Part shown: piece by piece, positions 50,201-61,820 of the stretch
How positions within the stretch are numbered: position 1 is the first letter of the stretch
Layout: every line of letters starts with the position of its first letter
Assembly (NCBI RefSeq): GCF_000485595.1
Contig: NW_014577074.1
Coordinates: 1,011,479-1,075,478 of the forward strand
Reading direction: 5' to 3'
DNA length: 64,000 nucleotides
Source: Priapulus caudatus
Lineage: Eukaryota
Made by a program: the position numbers and the translations under genes
The notes under the pieces: model-generated
What the model was told of the DNA's origin: nothing
Seen by the model: only the letters and a program-made list of their open reading frames with translations
Databases searched by the model: none

Positions 50201-53200
50201 TGCGCATTTATTGAAAGCGACCATGAAATCTGCCCTTCTGCTGACATGCGAAGAGTCAAGTGTCGGATAACCTTATTGACCCTCAAGAGGAGGCGTTTAA
50301 ACATGGATTTGTTGGACTGCTTTAAACAAATTGGCACTGTCCACTGGTTTGCTATTAAGAGCCCCCTCCCCCCCCACCCTCCCCTATTTCCCCCCTCCCG
50401 TACCGGTCTCCCCCGCCCCTTTCCTTTAATATCGCCATAACGTTGGTGGCGGGTCCTACTAAACAGCGAAATGCTTGCTTACTATTAAACAGCGGAAAAT
50501 GCTGCAGGACAACGCTGTGCGCGGAATTGTGCAAGAATGTGCAGGGAATGTTGCGCGGGCATATGGCAAGGCAATTGCTGCGCAACATGTGCCAGAATGT
50601 CCCCTACAAACAGCGAAATGTGCCTACTAAACACGCGAAATGTGCAGAATGTCGGCGGAATGTGCGAAGAATGTGCGGCGAACATGCTGCAGGAACTGTG
50701 CAAGAATGTGGCGCAACTGTGCATCAATAACTGCCGCAATGTATCAAAATGTGTAAAAAATGTGCTACTAAAACAGCAACAATGTGCTACTAAACATCGA
50801 AATGTCTACTAGAACAGCGGAATGTGCCACATAAAACAGCGAAATGTGGTACTAAACAGCGGAATGCTGCGCGAATAGGTAAGAATGTGTGCGCAATGTG
50901 CCATCAATAACTGCCGCCAATGTATCAAATGCTGCTAAAAAATATTATACTAAACAGCGAAATGTCGCTACCTAAACAGCGAAATGTGCTTTCACTAAAC
51001 AGTGAAATGTGCTACTAAACAGCCGGAATGTCGCGAAGTGTAACGAATGTGGGCGCCCAATTCGCTGCATCCAATAACTGCCGCAAAGTATACAAAAATG
51101 CTGTAAAAAAATGTTATTTACTAAACAGCGAATGTGGCGCGGAATGCTGTAAAGAATGTGTTGCGTGTGCACGTATACGTGCGTGCCGGGGCAGTGGCGT
51201 GCATACACGTTCGCTGCGTCGCGTGCGTGTGCAAGCTACACGTCTGCGTGCGTGCAGCCGTGCGTCGTGCAAGTACACGTCCGTGCGTTGCCGTGCTTGT
51301 GTGGGTGCAGGTACACGTAGACGCTGCGTGCGTGCGAGCGTGCGTATGCACATATACGTGGCTTGTGCGTGGCCGCGTGTGCACGTACACCTGCGTGCGT
51401 GCAGTGCGTGCGCTGCGTGCGTTTGGATGTACACGTCGCGCCGCGTGCGCTACGTGCATATGCACGTACACATGCGTGCGTGTGGCAGTAAGGACGGGTG
51501 CCCGCTGCGTGCGTGTGCGTGCGCCGTGTGCACGTCACGATGCGTGTGTGCGTGTGCCACGCTAGACGTGCGTGCCGTGTGCACGGTAGACGCTGCGCTG
51601 CGTAGCGCTGCATGAGTGGTGCTGCGTGCGTGTGCACGTACACGTGCGCAGTCTGTGTGTGCTCAAAAATATGTATACTACAAACAGTGGATATGTGCCT
51701 ACTAGAACAGCTCGCAAATGCTGCCCGCTACTAAAATCAGCCGGAATGGTGCGCCGGTATTAGTAAGATGTGCGCTGCAATTGCCATCAATAACTGCCGC
51801 AATGCGTATCAAAATGTGTCAAAGAAAAAATGTATCTTTATACTAAACAGCGAAATGTGCTACTAACACCAGGCCGAAAACTGTCGGCGTACTAAACAGC
51901 CGAATGTGCTACTAAGCAGCGGAATGTGCCTCTAGCTAAACATGCGGAAATGCCTGCTACTAAACAGCGCGGAAGTGCGCGCAATAGCGTAGAAATGTGG
52001 CGCACATGTGCATCAATAACCTGCCGCAATGTATCAAAAATGCCGCTAAAAAATATTATACTAAACAGCGAAATTGTTGTTACTAAACAGCGAAAGTGTG
52101 CGCCGCGAATGTGTAAGAATACCTTCCTAAGTACACGGTGCACACGCAACGCACACACTCATGCCGCACAGTGTGATGTGCCACACGCACGCACGCACGC
52201 ACGTCTACGTGCACACGCCACCGCCACGTCTACGTCGCCACACGCACCGGCACGCTAGCCTGTACGTGCACACGTACGCACGCGACGCACGCACGTCTAC
52301 GTTGCACACGCACGCACGCACGCAATGCCAGCATGTTACGCTGCCATATGCAGCGGGACGCACGCGCGCGCACGTAGTTACATCCAAAGCGCACGGCACG
52401 CACGCACGCCACGCACGCACGCATGGCACGCAGCGGTACGTGCCACACGCACCACGCACGTATATGTGCATTACGCCACGCTCGCACTCACGCGTTGCAC
52501 CTGCACACACACGCAGTCACGCCACGCCCACGCCAAGCACCGAACGTTGCTAAGCCCACACACAGCAACGCAACACGCACACATAATATACGCTAGCACA
52601 CGACACCATTTAACCTAACACACTAATACACCGCACAATATCCAGCTGCGAATTATTACAGCACACACCTTCTAATTAACCATCTTTTTCTACTACCTTT
52701 TTCTACCTACTCTCTTTCTCTCTCTCTCTCATTGCCTGCGTGCCGTTTATTTTTGACTGACATTGCCCACATTTCTTACCACATTTTCGCGCCTTCTTAG
52801 CTTAGCACATTTTTTGCTTCGCTCTCTTTTAGCTATTAACATTTTGTACACTATTTTTTTGATACATCTCGCGGTCTACGTTTCCTTGCCATTGCCCACA
52901 TTAGCGCGCCATCACTTCTTACCCATTTTCCCGGCATCACTTCCGCCCTGTTTAGGTAGGCCACTATCTCCTGCTCGGCCCTTCTACGCTATACGGTCCA
53001 ACAACACTTAACTTATTTCGGGATCTATCAACAGCGTAGCAACCGTTTCTATACTTAACCCATTTTGATTACACTAATTTGCAGCCACAGCGAATTTTCG
53101 AACACCACTGACCCAACAACAACGTTACTGCGACCCACGAACACCACCATCTGACTACAATGGCACCCATATCTAACCTCCCAACCACATCTAAGCTCTC

Positions 53201-56200
53201 GTCCTCTCATCATTCCTGCGCTCACATTTCTCGCGTCTTTTACATCTTCTTTCCGTACACCTACGTTCTCGCTCTCGTGTCGTTTTCACTTTTCAGGTCA
53301 CTCAATCGCACGGTTTTTAGGTAGGACCGGTGCTTCGTTCGGGCCTCCTTCTCTGTCTCTCAACACCACACTGTCACAGAGCAAACTTGAACACTTCAGC
53401 CTAACACTGTATCCTATCAACAACATGCACGTACAATTCATACGCAAGCTACACAACACACACATAGCACGACGAACCTTGCTAGGCTCGTGTTGTCTAC
53501 TCGTCTTCTCTTACTCTTTATACATGCTTCATTGCTCTCTCTCTCTGTCATTCATCTTCCGTCTCTGACTGTGCGGTGCCTCTGCTCGTCGTCACTTTGC
53601 ATGGGCGATCTACTTCTCTCTTCCTCCTTAAAGCTTTTTGCCTCTCTCCCTCCACACTCACAACTTCCAAACACACCGAAAAAATCACACTAAGGACTCG
53701 CCCGATGCCAGTGCACACACAAGTCAGGGCGACTACAGTCGCTACACACACACGGCACGCACACATTATATTATATTTATTTATTATAGCGGATCTTACT
53801 ATGTGTTTCCAAGTTCATAAAGGGCTTAGAAACGAAATGAATAAAAAGGAATTACCGTATCTCCACAATAAAGATCGTTGATGTTAATTATCGTATGCAA
53901 GTCCTGTCTGGCGCCAACAAACGAAATAAACATATAACAATCAAACCACAACGTGACAGCACAACTAAATCTCCTCTGTTTTGTGTTGTTGTGTGTGGGG
54001 CGTGGCGGCTGTGTGTTTGTTTGGTTTCTTTATTTGTTTTCTTTTTTATTGCGGGCGCTGTGGCGCGCACATTGGGGCGGGGTCACTGGTGTGTCGTGTG
54101 TGGTCGTGTGGTCGCTCGTTAGTGCGACGTGGTTGCTCTAGTGTCGCCGTGCGCTGCCGATAGCTCTTTTGTCGCCTTTCACTTTAGTCCTGGCGTGTTT
54201 CTGTTAGATTTTTTTGCAGCAGTGGCACGTTTCGGGATACAGCAGGGGCAGTAGACCTGCTCCCCTGCTTGGTAAGACAGGCACTTATACCAGAAACCGG
54301 GCAGAGTGTGAGAGCGAATATTTAAGAGATGATGGATAGTATTGTGAATACGGTACAAGTATACATGACGGGTGGCCAACTAGATAATTAGTCTCACTGA
54401 TTGAAATTCTTATGAGCCGACATGAAAAACAGGCAGTAAGCCTACACATCAACTAACAACATACGATAGAAGCTCAGACATTCTGAAAATACCCCTAGAA
54501 GCAGGAATACACACTGTATAATCCTCCGCGTGCAACGGCGGGATACAATAACTATCAACTCGCTCCCATAAAATGTCAATGAATCTGGTTCTCATTCCAA
54601 ATATTAAGAGAATGGAAACGTTGGCTTTACATTATTACGATATTCTCATCCGGTAGGCGCTCAACATCACGCTGTCGTGCGTGGTCACGCTCGATAGCAA
54701 CATAGTTCCTCCAATGGTGCTTTTCGGAGCTATCTAGCAATGTGTGATAGTCCAGTGTGGCTAGTGATGCGAGCGGCGCCCGGTGTCCCGAGCTCAGTAG
54801 AGACGAGTGTGTCCTCCTTAAGAGCTGTTTGTGTGTGTGGTGTCGACTTATCGCAAAAATGTCTGAGATGAGTGTCATAACTTTTTTGATTGTTTGACTA
54901 ATTTAATTTAAGGTTATAGTTATAACTATTTCATAGATGTTTCGGCACACGCGCCTTCTCGCGGTTAGGCAATTTCTCTCACCATTTAAAATTAATTCTA
55001 TATGGATTGGTATGCCATAATATTGCCCCTAATTATTTTAATTTTACTAATTATTTTCCCTGACGCACTACATTTGCCTGCGGCAGGGCACACGCGTTCC
55101 AACGTCGGTGCAAGCGGCATGTCACTGCAATGCATTGATTCTCGAGTTGAGCCGGTTTCGTTTGATTGTATTGTGACGTTTCCACTACTCGCACTGATTA
55201 GCACGTCTTGATTGGGTTGATAAAGGGTAGCGTGCGACGTGCCCTGTAATTCCGCATTCGTACGTAATGTCACACGCATTCGCTGATTGATTAAATAGCA
55301 CGCAGGGTCCTTTCACTCAGCCTAGTGGTCAGTCACGCCACACAGCATAGTTTTCCAGGGTCTCTCGTTACTGAGCTCATACATAAAATCCAATGTAAAT
55401 AGTCACACGCAGTCTGCTTATGATATGCGTTTTTCCGTGTCTAACGGTTGAGGCGGTTTATTTTGGCTCTGTCCGCGTGCATTATGTGCGTCGGCGACAA
55501 GCTTTGAAACGCCCATCTATGCCAAGGCCTTGTTGCTGGGTGAGCAGTGCCCACGCCCCTGTTACAATTCCCAATCTAGCTAGCTATAGAAGCACCAGGT
55601 AGAGCCTGTCGCAAGTACCATGATATTTAGCAGCTCACGCCACTGCACAAGGTAAGCTGGCATGCGACAGAAACAATTAAATAGCAAACAGCCAGCAGGA
55701 ACATGACAGTATTATATTCTAATATTTTCATATCTGACGATATTATCACGCTAACAGCCGTAAGCCGAGCAAGAATAAACGCATAACTAGTACCGGGAAA
55801 GGAATAGCTTCTTGAAACTGGAACGTTGATGCGGCCATGGATGCCGAGGCGCGCCGTGAGGATTGACACTTTGTGTCTTCCAATCACAGGCTTACGCCGC
55901 ACCTCGTTTCATTATATTTTCAAAGGTCGGGCCACCTATTGAGCGGTACGGAATCGCGATCTCTAAGAACTAGGGCCATTCGCTTAAGGCCTCTAGATAC
56001 GGTTTCTACGATAGAGTTGGGGCCACAAACAATGAGAAATCAACACGCTGCTTCAGCGCACTGCCCCTAGCCGTGGCTACGTTCCTTTCTGGTTTGCAGA
56101 TTTTCCGCATCTCCCGTACTCGTAGACTAGAATAAGCCCGCGCCTTCTTCGTGTATTGACACTTGAATGGCGGCGTCCATACCGACGGGTTGACCAGCTT

Positions 56201-59200
56201 ATCTGCCGTGTTAGCGTGTTTGGCGCAGCGCACCCGTTCGCCTTTTTTTTCGGTAAATAGATTTTGAAATAGCCAGCCGATTGCCATTTGCCATCGACCG
56301 AGGTGTTGCGCCAAAAATCGCATTGTCGTCACAGCCACTTGCGGAAATTGCAACAGGCGCTTCATTCAGGAACATGTGTCAGTCTGTGCTAAAATTTTAA
56401 AGGAAGCAAAGTCCCTGACCCGCCGCCTACGTCGATGGGTTGTAGCAATGGAACATGAGCTGTGGGCTGTGGGGACGGGCTGCCCTCGCGCTGTGATTGC
56501 TGGGGCACGTAGCGGGCGGCCTCGGAATCAAGGCGCCGGCATGTGTGTGCGTGTGCGTGTGCATGCGTGTGCGTGTCCGTGTGCATGTGCGTGTTTGTCA
56601 CAAATTAAGTAAAGTATTTTACTATGATTTATGAAATCTTCGGTCTATAGGGCTGACCCCTGGGGGACATAGACCCTATGAGCCTTGGGCTGGCCTATTG
56701 CAAGGTTGTAAATGACTGCGCATACAGCAACATATATTTCTGCTGGAATTTTTAGTAAGTAATTCCCAAGGTTCGTATACCTTGGGGGCGTATATGCTAT
56801 ATGTATGGTCCCTGTATATGCCAGCGAATCACCTATGATCTAAGCCTAGCGCACACACCCGAGCAAAACGGCAAATTTTGTTTTCCAGCGTTTCGTGTTC
56901 TGCTCGGCGAGCAAGCGCACACACGCCACCCGACACAGCACACAGCTGAGCAAGACCAAGACCACCGAGCAAAACGGTGCAAAACATACAGAAACACTGC
57001 GTACAGCGCCGCTGTCACATATGACATCAAAAATAGCCATCCAATTAGACATCCAAATAGACATCCAATTTTGTGTGTCATGTGATATTTTTAATTGTTG
57101 TTGGATATTGATTGGAGACCGTCTGTGGCGTTTCGCTGTGTAGCAGAACGATTGACGCACACACCCCGAGCAGGACGTACGCTCAGGCGAAAACACGTTC
57201 CGCGAATCAAACATTGCTTGTTCAGCTGAACACGCTCAGCTGAGCAATGTTTTTTGTTTCGGGAATCCGCACACAGCCACGAACATCGAGCGAAACACGT
57301 TTTTGCTCCACGTTCAGGTGTTTTGCTCGGGTGTGTGCGCTAGGCAACCACTGGCAGCAAGAACCAGCCCGCACGTACAGCACACACGCGGCCATTGAAT
57401 ATAATAACACCCTTATTATAGTTGTTATTATAGTCAATGGCCGCGTGTGTTCTGTACGTGCGGGCTTGTTCTTGCTGCCAGTGGGCTTAACGCCGTGTAC
57501 CTGTTATATACTCTTTTGTGCGTCCACTCTCCCTGACCTTCGTACCCCATTTTCCCGTTTCTGGTTCCACCTCAGAAACTGCTCTTCAGTTTGAGATAGA
57601 ATTGGTGAGAGGCATGGAAGGAAGAGGGAAAACGAAAAGGTGAAATGTGTGTGTGTGTGTAATTATATAATTATCAAAATTTATTTCGCTATCGTGTGGG
57701 TAACGAATCACATAAATAAAAACACAAGTGATGCCTACAAACAGACAATTTCCCCGAAGAGCTTTATAGGGTAGCTAGTAGCCACAAGTTACATTCGACG
57801 TGAAACAGTCGTAGCGTCTGGTTGCGCTAGGTAGCTATAGCTACTTCATTGCTGTTGTTACCTAAATTCGGTTGTGTACATGTACCAGAGTTCAGCCGCC
57901 CGTGCAGTTGTGCGCGCGGCGTCATAATGTACTTGTACAGTGCATGCGCGCCGCTTGTGTGAGCTTAGGACAACATTTGGTGGCGGCCACTATGCTGCTA
58001 CGCTGTACACTGTCTCCTGCACGTACAGTAGAGCAGCCTCTGCTTATGCGCAGCTGTATGGTGATGTGTATGTGTGTGCGGGGAGGGTGTGTGCGGGGGG
58101 GGGGGAGTGCTGTAGCTGCTACCGTTGGGTCGATATTATATCCTAGCGACTGGTTTTATAGACTTCCGCCGCTCGCCGGTGACAGCGTGCGTACGCCAGT
58201 ATTAGACTGATACGTCTGTAAGCGCTGTTAGCGAATCGTACGTCTAGAACAACGTGTAAGCTCGAGCGCAGCATACATGTCATGTGTAAAAATACGTGCT
58301 CACTAAACCGAGATTGAATGCGTGCAGCATAGTGCAGGACTGCTAGGAGCATGCAACGTCGGTTGCGACGGAGCCGCGATTGGCTATGCCGATCCACGTG
58401 ACACGGCTAGCCAAGAAGCGGACCGTCTTCCCGTGTCTTCCGATTTTTCGTCGTCGCTCGTAGCGAATGTAGTAGCCAAATACAGTACCGTGTCAAAGAG
58501 AAGTGTGGTGCATGTTTTGTTAGACTCGAGTGAGGATCTACGGCGTCCTGCCTCGCTGTAGACTGGTGCTGATGTCTATGCTTATTTTCAGAAAGTGCTG
58601 ACTGCTGTATGTACTGCGTGCTACTGTGTAGCCATGCCTACATGCACTAGAATGATAGCCAATCGCTCACTCAGAAGTGAGACACTGTATAATAAGGTGG
58701 AAACATTTCGTCACTACTACTCGGTAGATACCATTGTTAAAGTATCTTATCGAAACTTAACTAGCTGTTAAAATTAAAGACGTTGCCTGGGACAGAACAA
58801 TGGCAATAAATCCGAACTCGGTACAGCAGGCTGCAATGCCAATTCTTCTTTCCATTAGTAGCCTGACCGAGAATGCGGCATTGTTACTGAGGCAGAACGA
58901 CTGCAGCGCTCCTAGTGGGGGCCAGGTCGTGGACGATACAGTGGACTCTGATGACATTGAAGTCATTCCCATTCTAAAGAAATCCGTGGTGTGCATTGAC
59001 ATCAGCGATGAAGAACGTGATCTCTCCACTTTGACGCGTCCTGTACAGACAACCGGTGCGAAAGGCACAGCTACCTTAAACAACACTGTGCGAGGCGTAC
59101 ACGGACCGTTGCTCCCTGGATCTCATAAAGTTCCAGTTGAAGTGCATGCTTCGGCAAACGGAAAGAATTGGTCGGTTGGCACCGGTAACCAGTCAACTGA

Positions 59201-61294
59201 CCTGAGGTGTCTTCCGGTGACGGCAGTGGCACAGACGGGCGGATATAGGATTCTTCCAGTACCGGCAAATCACTCGGCTCGTGTAAGGGCACAAACAGTA
59301 GCTCTAGGAAATCAGACAAGCAGACCGAGGGCACAGCCTGTGACTATAAGGAATCAGTTGGGTGGTTTAACAGCACACCCTGTGACAAGCAACCAGTCAG
59401 CACGCTTACAAATTCCTGTAGGAACTGTGGGAAGTCAGTTTGCCTATTCAGGCACAGGATCAGTGGCTGTACCGCACAACACAGCCAGTTTAGGGCAGCA
59501 TTCAGTGACTATTGGAAATCAAACTTTCGCATTAGAGAGACAGTCAGTCGCAGGCTATCAACCGACGGGTTTAGTTTCACATTCAGGGTCAAATGCTGTG
59601 AGTAGTCTTGACAGAATGAGTAATAAACCAAGTGATAGAAATAGAGGCAGAAATGATAATACTACCTCGAGTAGTATAGCTAATGTCAGTATTACGCCAG
59701 GTGGCGTAACTGTCTACAGACCCAGCGGCATCAATGTGTTCAGAACAGGTAACAGTGGAAGTAGGACAGCTGGTGGTCTAACTAACGTTGGCATTACTCC
59801 AGATGGTGTCATGATGTACAGGCCAACTCAGATCACAAGTTCTGCATCAGGTGACAATAATACTCGGCAAACCCAAAACAATGCGAATCGCGGTGGTCAT
59901 AGTAGTACTGTTGTGAATCGGGCATCGAATGAAGCCAGTTTATCACACAGAAGCTACAGGTGTGTGTCCTGCCAGCTTACATTCAACACGAGGTTGCGAT
60001 ACATGCGTCACAGACAGCGGCATGCGCAGAAGGGTGAAGCGTGGTCACCTCTCAATACTGCAACTCCAGTTTCCAATGGTGCAGTGCAGCAGCCATCTTC
60101 CACAGAAATGCGACAGCCTGTAGCTACAATGAGTCGACCTCAACCAAAGCAACGGCCAGTCACTGCATTAAGTCGTCTTCAAGCAATGCAACCAGGGGTT
60201 GCCACGACGATTCAGCCACCCTCAACCCAGCGGTCAGTCACTACAATGAATCGTCTCCAAGCAACGCAACCGCAACTTGCCACCGCAAGTCAATCTCGAA
60301 AAATGGAGCGATCGGTCGCTACGACGAATCGTCTCCAAGCAACACAGCCGGCCGCCAGCGCGGCGAATCACCGATCCGCGACACAGACGACGGTCGAGGC
60401 AACCGCGAAGCCAGTCGGCTGCTGCCAGATCAACAAGTGGGTTTGCCACGTGTGCAACCGTCAGTTGTCGACGCGCGGCGGCTACGTGGCGCACGCGCTG
60501 CGACACGTAGATCGTGCGGCGGGCGACCCCGGGTCGTCGTCGTCGCGCGTCGTCTGCCCGCTCTGCACGACGGAGTGCGCAACGCCAAAGCTGATGGCCG
60601 AGCACTGGGCGCAGCACGACCGCGTGTCGAAAACCGTCTGCCGCGAGTGCGGCGAGCAGTTCGCGAGCCGCGCCGCGTTCATGAAGCACCGGCCGATGCA
60701 CGCGGCGCGCAGCGCGCTCGCGTGCGGCAGGTGCGAGCGCACGTTCGAGGATGCGGAGCTGCTGGCGCGACATGCGGCGGCGGCGCACGCCGAGCCGCCG
60801 ACCGCCGGCCCGTACAAGTGCCGGCAGTGCGAGCGCGGGTTCTGGCAGCTGAGCAGCGCGCGTCGTCACGAGCTCGTGCACCAGCGCGTGAAGCCCTACT
60901 CCTGCCACCTGTGTGGCAGCGGCTACACGCAGTCCTACAGCCTCGTCGTTCACGTGCAGAACTGTCACGCCATCGCCGTCAGCACCTACGCCGAATTGCA
61001 GTACGTCGCATCCGCCTCCTTCGTCGCCGCACGCGCGCTCCCGCACCTTGCTGTTCCTGGCAGCAACTAAATGCTGTGAGATAAAAGCGGCATTGAATTA
61101 AAAAAGATTGTTGCATGAAACGTGTTGTGTGACGTGTAGTTTGTTAGTTGACTTCTCATTGCGATGTTTGCATTTTCAGAATCTGTGGAGATGTCTGTTG
61201 ATTATTGTTTTTTTGAAACATATATTTGTTGTTTATTGCAGACTCCTACAAGAAACATCAGATGGAAGACCGTGCAATATTCAGTCTTAGTGAG
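29270..61294 (+). CDS. CAPN: Classical calpain (CysPc + C2-like domain III + penta-EF-hand); last exon not found in the window
   Basis: Exons: 29270 (or 29294)-29452, 30330-30411, 31028-31280, 31634-31802, 32385-32560, 32726-32803, 33085-33242, 43956-44116, 44545-44633, 45042-45164, 45479-45599, 45744-45845, 46086-46233, 46482-46598, 61242-61294; phases consistent. Motifs include [17 protein letters not shown] (Cys), AHAYSIT (His), RIRNPWG (Asn), [23 protein letters not shown] and EF loop [13 protein letters not shown]. Confidence 0.93.
33315..34370 (+). mobile_element. HINE/DINE-1-like (Helentron-associated) element fragments
   Basis: TTAGCTCAC...TGAGCTATTGCCATGGG head, (GTCC)n microsatellite and ~310-bp internal repeats; same family as 48517-49472. 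Confidence 0.65.
35510..37905. mobile_element. Foldback Harbinger-type element with arms made of a 10-bp satellite
   Basis: TIRs AGCCTGCCGCACACGGTGTGTTTT / AAAACACACCGTGTGCGGCAGGCT; TAA TSD; ACACGCACGT-type decamers switch strand at ~36402. Confidence 0.88.
39082..39579. mobile_element. Harbinger-type MITE in an array unit
   Basis: TIRs AGCCGCGTTCACACG / CGTGTGAACGAGGCT; inserted at the ATT target. Confidence 0.8.
40904..41394. mobile_element. Harbinger-type MITE in an array unit
   Basis: Same TIRs; ATT TSD at 40901-40903 and 41395-41397. Confidence 0.85.
41999..42490. mobile_element. Harbinger-type MITE in an array unit
   Basis: Same TIRs; ATT TSD; the empty site CTAAC-ATT-GTAAC is seen at ~43108-43120. 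Confidence 0.85.
45846..46085 (+). other. Probable U12-type (minor spliceosome) GT-AG intron
   Basis: 5' splice site GTATCCATTT; branch-like TTCTTAAC at 46065-46072, 13 nt before the intron end; no polypyrimidine tract. Confidence 0.7.
46652..47201. mobile_element. hAT-like MITE with 6-bp TSD
   Basis: Perfect 14-bp TIRs CAGAGTGTCCAACC / GGTTGGACACTCTG; GAATTA on both sides. Confidence 0.78.
47898..48215 (+). repeat. Dispersed partial copy of the intron-7 array unit
   Basis: ATACTCTGGTTTCTCTGCAAAACGTATAAATC...GGCTTTAAACGCGCAA matches the array unit. Confidence 0.85.
48517..49472 (+). mobile_element. Complete HINE/DINE-1-like element
   Basis: 5' subterminal repeat TTAGCTCAC, (GTCC)n, two ~310-bp core repeats, 3' partner GTGAGCTA followed by hairpin GTGTCATTGACAC; T-rich flanks. 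Confidence 0.75.
49714..50290 (+). mobile_element. 5' part of a second HINE-like family
   Basis: TTTTAGCTCATCTGACGTAGTCAGATG head, (GTCC)n and GGTCAAAGGTCA motifs. Confidence 0.55.
50450..52620. repeat. Degenerate ~20-bp satellite (ACTAAACAGCGAAATGTGCT) with (GTGC)n and (GCAC)n blocks; error-rich sequence
   Basis: Recurrent CTAAACAGCGAAATGTG; GTGC-rich block at ~51165-51655 and complementary GCAC-rich block at ~52135-52600. Confidence 0.75.
54236..54570 (+). mobile_element. Degraded Penelope-like retroelement GIY-YIG endonuclease relic
   Basis: [24 protein letters not shown] resembles GxVYxIPCxxC...YIGETGR; downstream frameshifted LEA...NP...RD...YQLAPI. Confidence 0.45.
56844..57345. mobile_element. 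MITE (Harbinger-like termini)
   Basis: Perfect 26-bp TIRs GCCTAGCGCACACACCCGAGCAAAAC / GTTTTGCTCGGGTGTGTGCGCTAGGC; TSD unclear. Confidence 0.8.
58800..61070 (+). CDS. C2H2 zinc-finger protein, 756 aa, single coding exon, 7 fingers
   Basis: Uninterrupted ORF from ATG 58800. One isolated finger (CVSC...HRQRH) and six C-terminal fingers (CHVC, CPLC, CREC, CGRC, CRQC, CHLC) with an HQRVKPYSC linker; ATTAAA ~30 nt after the stop. Confidence 0.88.
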   Translation: MAINPNSVQQAAMPILLSISSLTENAALLLRQNDCSAPSGGQVVDDTVDSDDIEVIPILKKSVVCIDISDEERDLSTLTRPVQTTGAKGTATLNNTVRGVHGPLLPGSHKVPVEVHASANGKNWSVGTGNQSTDLRCLPVTAVAQTGGYRILPVPANHSARVRAQTVALGNQTSRPRAQPVTIRNQLGGLTAHPVTSNQSARLQIPVGTVGSQFAYSGTGSVAVPHNTASLGQHSVTIGNQTFALERQSVAGYQPTGLVSHSGSNAVSSLDRMSNKPSDRNRGRNDNTTSSSIANVSITPGGVTVYRPSGINVFRTGNSGSRTAGGLTNVGITPDGVMMYRPTQITSSASGDNNTRQTQNNANRGGHSSTVVNRASNEASLSHRSYRCVSCQLTFNTRLRYMRHRQRHAQKGEAWSPLNTATPVSNGAVQQPSSTEMRQPVATMSRPQPKQRPVTALSRLQAMQPGVATTIQPPSTQRSVTTMNRLQATQPQLATASQSRKMERSVATTNRLQATQPAASAANHRSATQTTVEATAKPVGCCQINKWVCHVCNRQLSTRGGYVAHALRHVDRAAGDPGSSSSRVVCPLCTTECATPKLMAEHWAQHDRVSKTVCRECGEQFASRAAFMKHRPMHAARSALACGRCERTFEDAELLARHAAAAHAEPPTAGPYKCRQCERGFWQLSSARRHELVHQRVKPYSCHLCGSGYTQSYSLVVHVQNCHAIAVSTYAELQYVASASFVAARALPHLAVPGSN
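61242..61294 (+). CDS. CAPN: Calpain penultimate exon (EF-hand 5 region)
   Basis: TTGCAG acceptor and GTAAGG donor. The phase-1 join to exon 46482-46598 gives [23 protein letters not shown], fitting the short EF5 exon of classical calpains. Confidence 0.75.
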
Positions 61295-61474
61295 GTAAGG
61301 ATAGGGCCTACACTATATAGTATATACAACGTACACAACAAGGAATAGCAATATTGCTTGTTCGCATTTTGGTGTCTAAAATTTCGCTCCCCACATGGTT
61401 AGTCACTCATGATAATTTAATTAGTCAAAGCATAAGAAATTGTTGATGATCTATTCAAGAGAAGCTCGATCAAC

Positions 61475-61505
<31 letters not shown>

Positions 61506-61604
61506 CTAGCGGGATACCCAGCGTTGCCTGGGGAAATCAGTGACGTTACTCAGCTGGTGACCGCTTGGTTGAAAGGAAAATACCCAAAAAAATCTAACTA
61601 TCTA

Positions 61605-61820
61605 TCTATCCATGCATCCATCCATTCCCATTCCCATTCCATGCCATCCCATACCATGCCATGCCATCCCATGCCATGCCATCCAATCCCATCCCATTCC
61701 ATGCCATGCCATCTCATGTCACGCCATCCCATGCCATTCCATGTCACGCCATCCCATGCCATCCCATGTCACGCCATCCCATGCCATCCCATGTCACGCC
61801 ATCCCATCCCATCCCATCCC
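61605..61820. repeat. (CCATC/CCATG)n pentamer microsatellite inside the Helitron
   Basis: Directly visible in the sequence. Confidence 0.9.

Noticed and set aside
50300..56640. Many short ORFs and an apparent GTGC/GCAC inverted structure
   Set aside because: The sequence looks like unpolished long-read consensus; the ORFs lack motifs and the structure cannot be trusted.
58592..58800. In-frame calpain-ZF fusion via the acceptor at 58591
   Set aside because: The phase-1 join reaches a TAG after about 19 codons; this is more likely the ZF 5' UTR acceptor.
60041..61084. Overlapping 347-aa and antisense 270-aa ORFs
   Set aside because: Shadow frames of GC-rich zinc-finger codons with no recognisable motifs.
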